A stretch of 64,000 nucleotides of DNA. Origin: Patescibacteria group bacterium. Its GTDB lineage: Bacteria; Patescibacteriota; Patescibacteriia; Patescibacteriales; UBA12465. Made by a program: the position numbers and the translations under genes. Of the stretch, positions 44,182 through 53,712 are shown piece after piece. Every line of letters starts with the position of its first letter. Position 1 is the first letter of the stretch. The stretch covers positions 3,046 to 67,045 of the forward strand of contig JBAYIC010000007.1 in NCBI GenBank assembly GCA_041665845.1, written 5' to 3'. Under the pieces are notes generated by a model. It was not told the origin of the DNA and made no database searches. It saw only the letters and a program-made list of their open reading frames with translations.

Positions 44182-46218
44182 ATGATTAATTTAGCCTCAA
44201 AAATAACCGAACTCTCGCGCGTCGGGAAAGTCGGCGTAAAACTACTTAAAAAGCTTGGTCTGGAGAATATCCAAGACCTGCTTTTTTATTTGCCGTTCAG
44301 ATATGATGATTTTAGTTCTCTATCCAAAATCTCTGAACTTATCGCCGGACAAAATGTTAATATTCGTGGTGAAATTGAACTCATCCAAAACAAACGCAGT
44401 TTCAAAAAACGGATGAATATAACCGAAGCGTTAATTAGTGATGAAACAGATTCAATTAAAATTATCTGGTTTAATCAGCCGTTTCTAACTAAAAGCCTGA
44501 AAGTTGGAGACTTAGTTTCTTTAGCAGGACGAGTTTCAGAGAGCCAAGGACAATTAACAATGGTTTCTCCACAATACGAAAAAATATATTCAAGTGAATT
44601 AGTGCATACTCAAGGACTTGTTCCTAATTATCATTTAACTGAAGGTTTAACGCAAAAACAATTGCGTTATTTCATCAAACAAATTATTAATCTATCGGAA
44701 AAAGTTGAAGAATGGCTACCAAATAAAACTATAAAAAAGTTTGAGCTTCTCAGTTTAAATAATGCCTTAAAACAAATTCACTTCCCCAAAAATCTAGTTG
44801 AAGCTGAGGCCGCGAGAAAACGTTTAGCTTTTTCTGAATTATTTTTGCGCCAATTAAAATCGCAAATGATAAAAAAAGAATTAAGCGGACAAAAAGCACT
44901 TGCGATAAAATTTCAAGAAAAAGCAACACGCGAATTTGTTGCTTCCCTCCCTTTTCAATTAACTGATGACCAGAAAAAAACAGCCTGGGAAATACTAAGA
45001 GATATTGAAAAACCGAGACCGATGAGTCGATTGGTAGAGGGCGATGTCGGAAGTGGAAAAACAATTGTCGCGGCGATGGCCATGTTAAATGTTGTGCTAA
45101 ATAAAAAACGCGCCGCCCTGATGGCGCCAACAGAAATATTAGCCGAGCAGCATTTTAGATCTTTAAATAATTTGTTTCAGGGCTTAAATATTAGCTTAGA
45201 GCTGATGACCGGCTCTAAGAAAAATAAAGAAGCGGGACAAGCTGATATTATAATTGGAACTCATGCCTTAATTCAAAAAAATGTAGAGATTAAAAATTTA
45301 GCACTTGCGATTGTTGACGAACAACATCGTTTTGGCGTTAATCAGCGTCAAAAAATAATTGATTTTAATAAACATGATGACTTTGTTCCACATTTTTTAT
45401 CTCTTACCGCGACTCCTATTCCGCGTTCTTTAACCCTAGCTATATATGGCGATTTAGATTTATCGATTATTAAGGAACTCCCAAAAAACAGAAAAAAAAT
45501 CATCACCAAATTAGTAAAAGAAACCGAAAGACAAAAAGCCTATAATTTTATCAAACTGCAGATTAAAGCTGGAAGACAAGTTTTCGTAATTTGTCCGCTC
45601 ATTGAAGATTCGGACCAATTAGAAACAAAATCAGCTAAAGCTGAGTATGAGAAACTAACAACCGAAATATTTCCTGATTTAAAAATTGGATTACTGCACG
45701 GAAAAATGAAACCAGTTGATAAAGAAACGACCATGAAAAATTTTCTTGATAAAAAAATAGATATTTTAGTTTCAACTTCAGTAATAGAAGTCGGCGTTGA
45801 TATTCAAAATGCGAGCGTCATGATGATTGAAGGAGCGGAACGCTTTGGGCTTGCTCAACTTCACCAATTTAGAGGTCGCGTTGGACGCAGTGAACATCAA
45901 TCATATTGTTTATTGTTTCCGTCTAAGGAGAACGTCGGAAGTGAAAAAACTATTGAGAGATTGAAAGCTATGGAAAAGTATAGTGATGGCTTTACTCTTG
46001 CAAAAATTGATTTGAAATTACGCGGCGCCGGAGAGATATATGGGAATACCCAGAGCGGATTTCCGGAATTACAAATTGCGAGTTTATTTGATTATGAACT
46101 TATTAAAAAATCAGCCGATGAAGCTGAAGCCATTATTCAAGAAGATCCGAATTTAAATAATCATCCATTACTGAAAATAAAATTAGGCGAATGGGAAAAA
46201 TTAATTCATTTGGAATAA
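44182..46218 (+). CDS. recG: ATP-dependent DNA helicase RecG
   Basis: Wedge/OB N-terminus and helicase motifs GDVGSGKT, DEQHRFG, LSLTATPIPR and QLHQFRGRVGR. Confidence 0.9.
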   Translation: MINLASKITELSRVGKVGVKLLKKLGLENIQDLLFYLPFRYDDFSSLSKISELIAGQNVNIRGEIELIQNKRSFKKRMNITEALISDETDSIKIIWFNQPFLTKSLKVGDLVSLAGRVSESQGQLTMVSPQYEKIYSSELVHTQGLVPNYHLTEGLTQKQLRYFIKQIINLSEKVEEWLPNKTIKKFELLSLNNALKQIHFPKNLVEAEAARKRLAFSELFLRQLKSQMIKKELSGQKALAIKFQEKATREFVASLPFQLTDDQKKTAWEILRDIEKPRPMSRLVEGDVGSGKTIVAAMAMLNVVLNKKRAALMAPTEILAEQHFRSLNNLFQGLNISLELMTGSKKNKEAGQADIIIGTHALIQKNVEIKNLALAIVDEQHRFGVNQRQKIIDFNKHDDFVPHFLSLTATPIPRSLTLAIYGDLDLSIIKELPKNRKKIITKLVKETERQKAYNFIKLQIKAGRQVFVICPLIEDSDQLETKSAKAEYEKLTTEIFPDLKIGLLHGKMKPVDKETTMKNFLDKKIDILVSTSVIEVGVDIQNASVMMIEGAERFGLAQLHQFRGRVGRSEHQSYCLLFPSKENVGSEKTIERLKAMEKYSDGFTLAKIDLKLRGAGEIYGNTQSGFPELQIASLFDYELIKKSADEAEAIIQEDPNLNNHPLLKIKLGEWEKLIHLE

Positions 46219-46250
46219 TAAAATAAATCTTAAGTATAAGTTTAGACAAG

Positions 46251-46283
46251 AAAAAAAGCATCTTGTGATAAGATGCTTTTTTT
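46251..46283. terminator. Bidirectional terminator
   Basis: Stem agcatctt/aagatgct flanked by A7 and T7 runs, between convergent genes. Confidence 0.7.
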
Positions 46284-46309
46284 GAAACTTTTTAGGGCTT
46301 CAAAAGAGT

Positions 46310-46657
46310 TTAGGCTGTAATTGGCTTTTTTTCATGTTTTAAAAATAACATGATTGTTGTTACTACTACAGACAGCCAAATGACGGCCAGCCCAGGAGAC
46401 CAAACAATAAAGTCACGAAGCCAGTCCGCTACCCCCCCAGATTTAAATCCAGAGACAACTAAGGCGACAAATGAAATAATCGCCCAAGCAAGACCGATAA
46501 AACCGAGTACCATGTAGGTTATAAGGGCACCTGATAACACTCTCTGCACTTTAGGCTCGTCCACAATTGCAACCAAAAGGTTATCGATAGCCTTAGCGGC
46601 TTTTCTGATCTTTTTAGCTGCTTTGCGAGCCTTCTTTGAAATTTTTTTAGATACCAT
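46310..46657 (-). CDS. Small membrane protein
   Basis: Lys-rich N-terminus followed by three TM helices. Confidence 0.55.
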   Translation of the reverse strand: MVSKKISKKARKAAKKIRKAAKAIDNLLVAIVDEPKVQRVLSGALITYMVLGFIGLAWAIISFVALVVSGFKSGGVADWLRDFIVWSPGLAVIWLSVVVTTIMLFLKHEKKPITA

Positions 46658-46708
46658 AACTAACGATATTAGTGATTAGTGAAATTTCAGTTTCAAAGTA
46701 CTAAAAAG

Positions 46709-46737
46709 AGTATAGCATATTATCAAACTATTGTCAA
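46709..46737 (-). promoter_or_regulatory. Sigma70-like promoter
   Basis: Minus strand TTGACA-17-TATACT. Confidence 0.6.
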
Positions 46738-46781
46738 TACAGCAGAAACGTGTTGTATTTTTAGCTTTATATTAGCCAAGC

Positions 46782-46810
46782 TTGACAATAGTCTAATAAT
46801 GTACTATCAT
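46782..46810 (+). promoter_or_regulatory. Sigma70-like promoter
   Basis: TTGACA-17-TATCAT. It is a near mirror copy of the minus-strand promoter at 46709-46737. Confidence 0.6.
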
Positions 46811-46855
46811 GTATTTATCTTAAACGTCCTTTATATATAAACTAAAAATCGTCCA

Positions 46856-47098
46856 ATGAGCAAAGACACTATTATCGCAATCGCTCCGGCAGAAGTAGGA
46901 AACAAAAAAGAACAAGGAAAAATCCTTGGACTGAGAGTTGACAACGGCCAAGTTATGGCCATGTTTATCGGACAAAGCAGTCGAGCAAAAACGAGAGATG
47001 TTAAATTCAAGGATTTAGGATTCCCTCACAACAAAGCTCGAAACGCCGCCGAAGCATTACGCGCCGATGTAATCGCTGAGTTCGTCCCTGAAGATTAA
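46856..47098 (+). CDS. Hypothetical 80-aa protein
   Basis: ORF track, with a promoter upstream and a terminator downstream. Confidence 0.5.
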   Translation: MSKDTIIAIAPAEVGNKKEQGKILGLRVDNGQVMAMFIGQSSRAKTRDVKFKDLGFPHNKARNAAEALRADVIAEFVPED

Positions 47099-47126
47099 TT
47101 TCATCAGGCCAACCACTCAAAACATC

Positions 47127-47162
47127 AAAAAACGAATTGAATCCCTTCAGTTCGTTTTTTCT
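47127..47162. terminator. Bidirectional terminator
   Basis: 9-bp stem aacgaattg/cagttcgtt (one G-U pair) flanked by A and T runs. Confidence 0.6.
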
Positions 47163-47181
47163 TGGCTAAATTATTTTATTA

Positions 47182-48531
47182 TTATTTTATAAACTCAACT
47201 AAATCTTCTAAGTTTTTTATTTTGGTAATTTCTAACTTCCCCGCCTTCACTTCGGTATTAGGAATAAGGGCTGCTTTAAAACCTAATCGCTCCGCTTCTT
47301 TTAATCTTTCTTCTAAACGAAAAATATTTCTTACTTCCCCGCCTAAACCAACCTCCCCTAAAACTATCGTATCGCGTTTAAAGTTTTTGTTTAAATGAGA
47401 AGAAATTATGGCCGCTACTGCCGCTAAATCAAGCGCTGGATCAGAAATTCTTAATCCCCCAACTACATTTAAAATTATATCTTGAGCTAATAAATTTATT
47501 TTTGTGCGCTTTGATATAACAGTGCTTAAAACTTGTAATCTATTTAAATCAAACCCGCTTGCTTTTCTCTGCGGATAGCCAAAAACTGTTTTCGAGACTA
47601 GAGCCTGAAGATCTATCATAAACGGCCTTGTTCCTTCAATTACACAGCCTAAAACCGAACCGGAAATATCACCAACATTTGTTTCGATAAACACCGCTCC
47701 CGGATTTTTTACTTCCTTAAAGCCTAACCCGGTCATTTCTAAAACTCCCAATTCATTAACCGAGCCGAAACGATTTTTAGTCGAACGAAGCAAAGAATAA
47801 TTATGGCTCGTTTCCGCTTCCAAAGACAAGACTGTATCAACAATATGCTCTAGTGATTTTGGACCGGCAATTTGACCATCTTTTGTAATATGACCAATCA
47901 TCAAAACCGCGATATCATTCTCTTTAGCTAACTCCAAGAATTTAACTGCCGTTGCTCGAATTTGGCTGATGCCTCCAGCTTCAGAAATGACCTGATTTGA
48001 ATAAACCGTCTGGATAGAGTCAACTATCAAAATATCCGGTTTAGCAGCTTTAGCGGCTGCTACAATCCTTTCTACATTAGTTTCAGAGATAAACTTAAGA
48101 TTATCTAAACTGCAATTTAACCTATCAAGACGGCTCTTAACCTGTGCCGCCGACTCTTCGCCGCTTGCATAAATAACCGATAATTTGCTATTAGCCGAAC
48201 CAGCAATTTGGGCAACCAAAGTTGATTTTCCTATTCCCGGTTCACCGCTTAACAAAACTAAGGACCCAGGGACAATTCCTCCCCCCAAGACTCTATCCAC
48301 TTCTTCTAGCCCAGTTGTTAAACGTTTCAAGGCCCCGGCTTTAATACTACGCAAATCTAAAATTTTTGCCGCCCCAACTTTTTTAGCATCCTCAGCTTTT
48401 TCTTGATGAGAATCTATTATTTGTTCGCTTAAAGTTCCCCAAGAACCGCATTCTAAACAGCGCCCACTCCATTTAGGAGATTGGGCGTCGCAATTAGAAC
48501 AAGTAAAAATTGTTTTAACAGAATTAGCCAT
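47182..48531 (-). CDS. radA: DNA repair protein RadA/Sms
   Basis: N-terminal zinc finger CSNCDA..CLECGSW, Walker A GEPGIGKST, KNRFG motif and a Lon-like C-terminus. Confidence 0.9.
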   Translation of the reverse strand: MANSVKTIFTCSNCDAQSPKWSGRCLECGSWGTLSEQIIDSHQEKAEDAKKVGAAKILDLRSIKAGALKRLTTGLEEVDRVLGGGIVPGSLVLLSGEPGIGKSTLVAQIAGSANSKLSVIYASGEESAAQVKSRLDRLNCSLDNLKFISETNVERIVAAAKAAKPDILIVDSIQTVYSNQVISEAGGISQIRATAVKFLELAKENDIAVLMIGHITKDGQIAGPKSLEHIVDTVLSLEAETSHNYSLLRSTKNRFGSVNELGVLEMTGLGFKEVKNPGAVFIETNVGDISGSVLGCVIEGTRPFMIDLQALVSKTVFGYPQRKASGFDLNRLQVLSTVISKRTKINLLAQDIILNVVGGLRISDPALDLAAVAAIISSHLNKNFKRDTIVLGEVGLGGEVRNIFRLEERLKEAERLGFKAALIPNTEVKAGKLEITKIKNLEDLVEFIK

Positions 48532-48555
48532 AATTTATCCTCACCGCTAAATTTA

Positions 48556-49182
48556 TTATTTAACCCAATAGGCTTGATCTACTAACCAATCGCCATTAAC
48601 CTTTTGTAAAGTTATTTCTATGTCTTGATTATATGCCTTCCCCTCAGTTTGGCCAGTGCTTTCTCGACGCTGAGTGGTTACTACAATTTTAGCTTTTCCG
48701 GCCGTATCATTATATTCCACAACTTTACTAACAATTGCCTTAGTGGTAATGCCATAATATTCTTCTCCCGCTTTTGTGGCCGCTTTTAAATCAGCAACAT
48801 ATTTATCGGCCCAAGTCTTCATATTATCAGTCATGAAAAGATTCAAATCAGTGAAATTACTATAATTGGAATAATTAGAAAATGATCCGATTCTTTGGGC
48901 AACAAGTTCTGCAAGTTTAACAAGATCATTTTGATTAATTTTATGTTCAGCTTCTTTACTAGTATCATAAAGCTGATAATTTCTGTTCCTATCTCCTGGG
49001 GTTGTCGTTGGAGTTTCTTCAACAATACTAGGTAGTTGGGCGGTTACAGCCGGTTGCTCAACTGAAACTATCGGTTGCGGCTTTTCATTGCCGTAGAAAA
49101 AACCAAAATAAATGATAAGACCTAGAATAATAAGACCGAGCACAATAATTATTATTCCTAGAGACTTGCGGTTAGTTTGCAT
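48556..49182 (-). CDS. Membrane-anchored hypothetical protein
   Basis: One N-terminal TM helix. First gene downstream of the VirB4-like gene. Confidence 0.55.
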   Translation of the reverse strand: MQTNRKSLGIIIIVLGLIILGLIIYFGFFYGNEKPQPIVSVEQPAVTAQLPSIVEETPTTTPGDRNRNYQLYDTSKEAEHKINQNDLVKLAELVAQRIGSFSNYSNYSNFTDLNLFMTDNMKTWADKYVADLKAATKAGEEYYGITTKAIVSKVVEYNDTAGKAKIVVTTQRRESTGQTEGKAYNQDIEITLQKVNGDWLVDQAYWVK

Positions 49183-49217
49183 ATTTTTAAAATTTATTAA
49201 CTATGTTACAAAACAAA

Positions 49218-51119
49218 TTATTTTTCAGGCTCTTCTTCTTGGCGACTTTCATCGAATTCTTTCTTGGCCTCTTCAAGCTCTAAAAGTTGGCGCGGATCAG
49301 AAGTTATCAGTTGATCTTCCGTATAAGAAGCGACTATTTTCATCGCTACGTGTTTATTGCCAGCAAAAAATATGCCTTCGCCGATTCCGCATTCAAGCAG
49401 TAGATATCTTTCTCCCTCCGTTAAAATAAAAGTTTTTTGAACCAAATCTATCGCCGCTGGTGATTGTTTAAGTAATATCTGCAAGGAAGAATTATTAACT
49501 ATCGCTTGACCGTAAGGTGAAGTTAAAAAGTCATTAACATCTTGAGTAATTGTTGTTACTCCAAGATAATATTTACGACAACGTTTAACAAGCGCAAAAA
49601 TAAACTTAGCGCTATCTTCATGTTGCATCATCCACCAAGCCTCATCAATTACTAATATTCTCTTCTTCATTTCACTTCTAACAACATTCCAAATATAATT
49701 AACAATTGTATAAATCGCAATTGGTCGAAGTTCGTCCTCTAAATCACGAACGGAAAAACAAACTAATTGATTATCCATTTCAACGTTAGTCGGCGAATTA
49801 AGTAATCCGGCGAAAGTTCCTTTGGTATATTTCCTTAAACGCAGAGCTAATTCAGCGCCGCCTTCCATTCCATCTAAAACTTGCTCTAAATCGGACATAG
49901 TCGGCGGTTCAATTTTAGATAAATCAGAATCAGGCGTAATATCTTTTTTGGCATATGCTTCCAGTAGAGCTCTATCAACGATTGAATCCTCATCATAATT
50001 TAAAGCACCCAGCATTAGACGAACTAAACCCTTTAAGGTAATAACGGCGCTTCTGATTATATCTTTTGGCCGCGCTTCACCGCCGATAGAGCGTGGTAAA
50101 TCAAATGGATTAATTTTATTTTCACTTGATAAAGAAATATTAATATAAGTTCCACCAACCGCTTCCGCTAAATGTTTATATTCATATTCCGGATCAATTA
50201 CAATCACATCTGTTCCTAACATTAAAGAACGTAAAATTTCTAATTTAATTGCGTAACTTTTACCAGCGCCGGAAGTCGCAAAAACAACCGAATTAGCATT
50301 TTGCAAAGAAAAACGATCAAACAAAATTAAGCTATTATTATGGCGATTAATACCATACAAAATTCCGCGATCGCTGGTTAGTTCGCTAGAAATAAATGGG
50401 AAAGAAGAAGCAACCGGTGAAGAGTTCATATTAAAAGCGATGTAGAGCTCATCATTTCCTAGGGGTAAGGTAGAATTAAAACCTTGTTCTGATTGATAAT
50501 ATACCCGACGAGAATAAACTAAACGGGAACCAAAAATATCTTCAACTTGATCGGAAACTCGATCTAAGTCTTCCATGTTTTCCGCATAGATAGTTATATA
50601 CAATGCAAATTGAAAAAATTTTTCTGTTCCTTGAGTAAGCGCATCACGTAAATATTCGATATCGCGTAAAGCAGTTTCTCGAAGCGGATCACGAGCAGCT
50701 CCTTTTTCAGCATCAGAAATTATTTGTGCTTCTAAAGTTCCGACTTTATTTTTTAATTGCTTTAAAATAATGGCGCTCGCTATCGGATAAAAGAACATGG
50801 AAATGTCAAAGGTAAGATTTAAATTAATAATCGGAGCAAACCAACCGATAGAGATATAACGAGGATAACTTATTACAAAAATTGTGCGCAAAAATTTATC
50901 ACCTAGATATAAATGATTTGGTTGAACTTTCAAGCTAGCCGGAGCAATAATATCTTTAACAGATAGAACTCCACGCCTAAAGGCCTTCTCTTCTTCAATA
51001 ACTTCTCTCGTTAAAACTGGATCAGCTTCAATTTCTGGCCCTGCTTGTTTAGGGCTAAACGTAATCGGAGTATTCAAAGTTATTTTATTTGGCTCTTCTC
51101 CTTTATTAAAATTTATCAT
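49218..51119 (-). CDS. VirB4/PrgJ/TraC-like T4SS ATPase
   Basis: Walker A ATSGAGKSY, Walker B RILVIDEAWW, and a VirB4-type N-terminal region. Confidence 0.8.
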   Translation of the reverse strand: MINFNKGEEPNKITLNTPITFSPKQAGPEIEADPVLTREVIEEEKAFRRGVLSVKDIIAPASLKVQPNHLYLGDKFLRTIFVISYPRYISIGWFAPIINLNLTFDISMFFYPIASAIILKQLKNKVGTLEAQIISDAEKGAARDPLRETALRDIEYLRDALTQGTEKFFQFALYITIYAENMEDLDRVSDQVEDIFGSRLVYSRRVYYQSEQGFNSTLPLGNDELYIAFNMNSSPVASSFPFISSELTSDRGILYGINRHNNSLILFDRFSLQNANSVVFATSGAGKSYAIKLEILRSLMLGTDVIVIDPEYEYKHLAEAVGGTYINISLSSENKINPFDLPRSIGGEARPKDIIRSAVITLKGLVRLMLGALNYDEDSIVDRALLEAYAKKDITPDSDLSKIEPPTMSDLEQVLDGMEGGAELALRLRKYTKGTFAGLLNSPTNVEMDNQLVCFSVRDLEDELRPIAIYTIVNYIWNVVRSEMKKRILVIDEAWWMMQHEDSAKFIFALVKRCRKYYLGVTTITQDVNDFLTSPYGQAIVNNSSLQILLKQSPAAIDLVQKTFILTEGERYLLLECGIGEGIFFAGNKHVAMKIVASYTEDQLITSDPRQLLELEEAKKEFDESRQEEEPEK

Positions 51120-51133
51120 ATTAAACTTAGCTA

Positions 51134-51808
51134 CTATCCTAATTTCATTTTTTCTAAATCAACTAATTGTTGATTTTTTGAAGTCTCAGGATTATAAGTT
51201 TTGTAATAAAGCTCAATTAAACTCTGAGTATCAAGTCTAGCAACGGCAACTCCCATTGATTCTAAGCCGCCGATTGCGCTATCTAAACGACGATCAAGCA
51301 TCTCCTGATAACGATTAAAAGTCTTTTCTTTAAGCCTAATTATGGTAGCCGGCCGTAGTGCTTCTCTAATAAGACTAAAGAAGCCCTTGCGCTTATCAGT
51401 TAACGGATCATAAGGAACTACTACTAAAAAACGCTTACTCATAATTCTTCCCAGCGATGTAAGTTCTTTGATATACGCGATATAATCAGCTGTTTGTAAT
51501 TTCAGTAATTTATTTGTTTGTTCTTTTTCTTTTTCTTTTAAATAATTAAGATAATTATCAATATCGAGCTCTCGAGATTGAACAACAATTTGTAAAGTAA
51601 AACTGAGATTATTTAAAAATCTAACATACGAACTAATAACCGCATTTTGCTCATCTTCACTTTTTAAAGCAAAATTAATACTCGAAACTAATAATACCGC
51701 TCGCAGAGTACCATCTTTCATTACCACTGTATCTTCTTTAATCTCAGCAATATCTAAATACTCTTGAGTAGAAACACTTATTTTATTACCCGCTAATTTA
51801 TTAGCCAT
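51134..51808 (-). CDS. Hypothetical protein (T4SS-operon associated)
   Basis: ORF track. Positioned between the PrgI-like and VirB4-like genes. Confidence 0.5.
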   Translation of the reverse strand: MANKLAGNKISVSTQEYLDIAEIKEDTVVMKDGTLRAVLLVSSINFALKSEDEQNAVISSYVRFLNNLSFTLQIVVQSRELDIDNYLNYLKEKEKEQTNKLLKLQTADYIAYIKELTSLGRIMSKRFLVVVPYDPLTDKRKGFFSLIREALRPATIIRLKEKTFNRYQEMLDRRLDSAIGGLESMGVAVARLDTQSLIELYYKTYNPETSKNQQLVDLEKMKLG

Positions 51809-51817
51809 ATAAAAAAT

Positions 51818-52240
51818 TTATTCTCCTTTATATTTACCCTTAGTATCAACAATTAAAGCAACTTCCGCTAAACGAGATTTCTTATAATATTCTTTCGGTT
51901 CTGGTTTTAATTCCGGTTTAACAGTAACATCAATATTTTTTTCTTTATCGTGCATGATTGTATTATTATTCCAAACTCTAAGACGCGGCCGACGCAATGT
52001 TTGTGTAGCATTTAGTAGAAAAAAATGGAAAGGACGGCCGTTAATCTTTACAAAGGCAAAAAGGATAGCAATAACCAGGACAACCGCGGCAATAACTAGA
52101 AATAAAGAGAAATCAAATATGCGATAGCTTAAACCAATTACTAAAGCAGCACCTAAAAATATTACAAATTGGCGAGTAGTAATCGGGCCGATAATCTTAC
52201 TTTCGATGTCAATAAATTGTGGGACAGTAAACTGTTGCAT
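51818..52240 (-). CDS. PrgI-family membrane protein
   Basis: N-terminus FTVPQFIDIESKIIGPITTRQF followed by two TM helices, which is the hallmark of the PrgI family (from memory). Confidence 0.6.
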   Translation of the reverse strand: MQQFTVPQFIDIESKIIGPITTRQFVIFLGAALVIGLSYRIFDFSLFLVIAAVVLVIAILFAFVKINGRPFHFFLLNATQTLRRPRLRVWNNNTIMHDKEKNIDVTVKPELKPEPKEYYKKSRLAEVALIVDTKGKYKGE

Positions 52241-52249
52241 AAACTCGAA

Positions 52250-53596
52250 TTAAAAAATAAGTTTTCCGTTAAGACTCATGATTGCTTCAATTTCCGCCAA
52301 AGTTAAACCTGCTTGATTATTTTTTTCACGCTTCTCTAAGGCTTCTTTTAACGGAAGACCGGATGAAACCGCCTCTTGAACGATGCGTAAATAAAGACGA
52401 CTAACCGGACTCTTACGCCAAGCACTAATACCGGCAATCATTTTTTCATAACCATCTTTTTCTAGTAATTTTATTTTATTAAAAATCTTTGTTGTTATTT
52501 CTTCAGGGGTTGTACCAAGGCGACGAAAATTTGTTAAATCTAAAAATTGTATTTCTTCAAGCGGTCCCATTATTTTTGGCGCCGGTTTAACATCATGCAT
52601 CATGGGGCGACTACTACTTGGCGCCGCATTTCCTAAGATAGATTTTCTAGCTAATGCCGGGCTCGCTGGAATAGCAGAATGAGCAACAACAACGGGAGTA
52701 GGGGAAATTGGAGGAGTAGTAGGAATAATTGGCGTCACTGGTTTAACCGGAGGAGCGAGAGGAGCAGGTGGTGCAGGAGGAATATGAGGAACGGAAGCTA
52801 ACTTTATTTCTGGCGTTGCTTTAGCTTTTGGAGCTTCTGGGATCGATTTTAGTTCTAGCGTTGCTTTAGCTTTTGGAGCTTCTGGAGCGGAGATTCTTTT
52901 AGTCTCACCGGAAGCGAGCGCTCTTTTTAAATCATATTCAACAACCGGAGAAGATAATTTATTATTAAAAGGAAAGGCAGCTTTTAACCCGTCTGATTCA
53001 GAAACAATTCTATCTAAACGACTAATTGGCGCCGCAGTATTTGTTGATGCGGAATTTATTTCTTCGTGATATTTAAATTTTTTGCTATCACAAACTTTTA
53101 AAACTTGATCAACTTCTGAAGGAGTAAGATTTAATCCACCAGTAGCGATATCCTTAGCGAGCGAGGCTCTAGTATCTATTCGGCTGCGTACCCCTCTAAG
53201 ATATATCGTTAATATTTTTTTTAAACGTTCTATTAAAAATTCACTCGGCATCGCCAACCCTGCTTCCTTGATTAATAAATTAATATCTTTTGATAAATCC
53301 AGGGAACGCTGTTCATTAGATAAGCCAACATAGTCCGCAACTGAACTAAAAATTTTTTCTTTTAACTCTTGGGTCATTTTAGTTGCTTGTTCAGGAGTCA
53401 GGCTAAATTCACCAGCAAAAATAGAGGGCAAATCTTTAATCGATAGTCCTTTTATCATGACTTTCATCACGATCATCGCCAAATCGACTCGATAACGGCT
53501 TTCAATTTCCGCCAAAGAAGCCATAGCTTCTTTAGAAGAAATCTTGTCTTTTAAATCTTTAGGCAGGTTTTCAAATTGTTGTAGATAATCAAACAT
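52250..53596 (-). CDS. Pro/Ala-rich hypothetical protein with an internal 15-aa tandem repeat
   Basis: ORF track. EAPKAKAT repeat (28-nt DNA copies at 52813-40 and 52858-85) and a PPAPPAPLAPP tract. Confidence 0.55.
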   Translation of the reverse strand: MFDYLQQFENLPKDLKDKISSKEAMASLAEIESRYRVDLAMIVMKVMIKGLSIKDLPSIFAGEFSLTPEQATKMTQELKEKIFSSVADYVGLSNEQRSLDLSKDINLLIKEAGLAMPSEFLIERLKKILTIYLRGVRSRIDTRASLAKDIATGGLNLTPSEVDQVLKVCDSKKFKYHEEINSASTNTAAPISRLDRIVSESDGLKAAFPFNNKLSSPVVEYDLKRALASGETKRISAPEAPKAKATLELKSIPEAPKAKATPEIKLASVPHIPPAPPAPLAPPVKPVTPIIPTTPPISPTPVVVAHSAIPASPALARKSILGNAAPSSSRPMMHDVKPAPKIMGPLEEIQFLDLTNFRRLGTTPEEITTKIFNKIKLLEKDGYEKMIAGISAWRKSPVSRLYLRIVQEAVSSGLPLKEALEKREKNNQAGLTLAEIEAIMSLNGKLIF

Positions 53597-53605
53597 TATG
53601 TAAGA

Positions 53606-53648
53606 AAAAATCAGAAAAATAAACAGAAGTTATATAATCCTTCTGTTT
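53606..53648 (-). terminator. Intrinsic terminator
   Basis: 9-bp stem aaacagaag/cttctgttt, followed on the minus strand by a T-rich run. Confidence 0.55.
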
Positions 53649-53712
53649 ATCATTTTAACATATTTTAGGTGAAATTGGAAAGGCAAATACTGATGTAAAT
53701 GCGAGGCCAAAA

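Noticed and set aside
52813-52885. 28-nt direct repeats (52813-40, 52858-85), the aaatgagac x2 tandem at 28001-28018, and similar, as CRISPR or other repeat arrays.
   Set aside because: There are only two copies each. The first pair is an in-frame 15-aa coding repeat of the Pro-rich protein. No repeat-spacer periodicity and no cas genes occur anywhere in the window.
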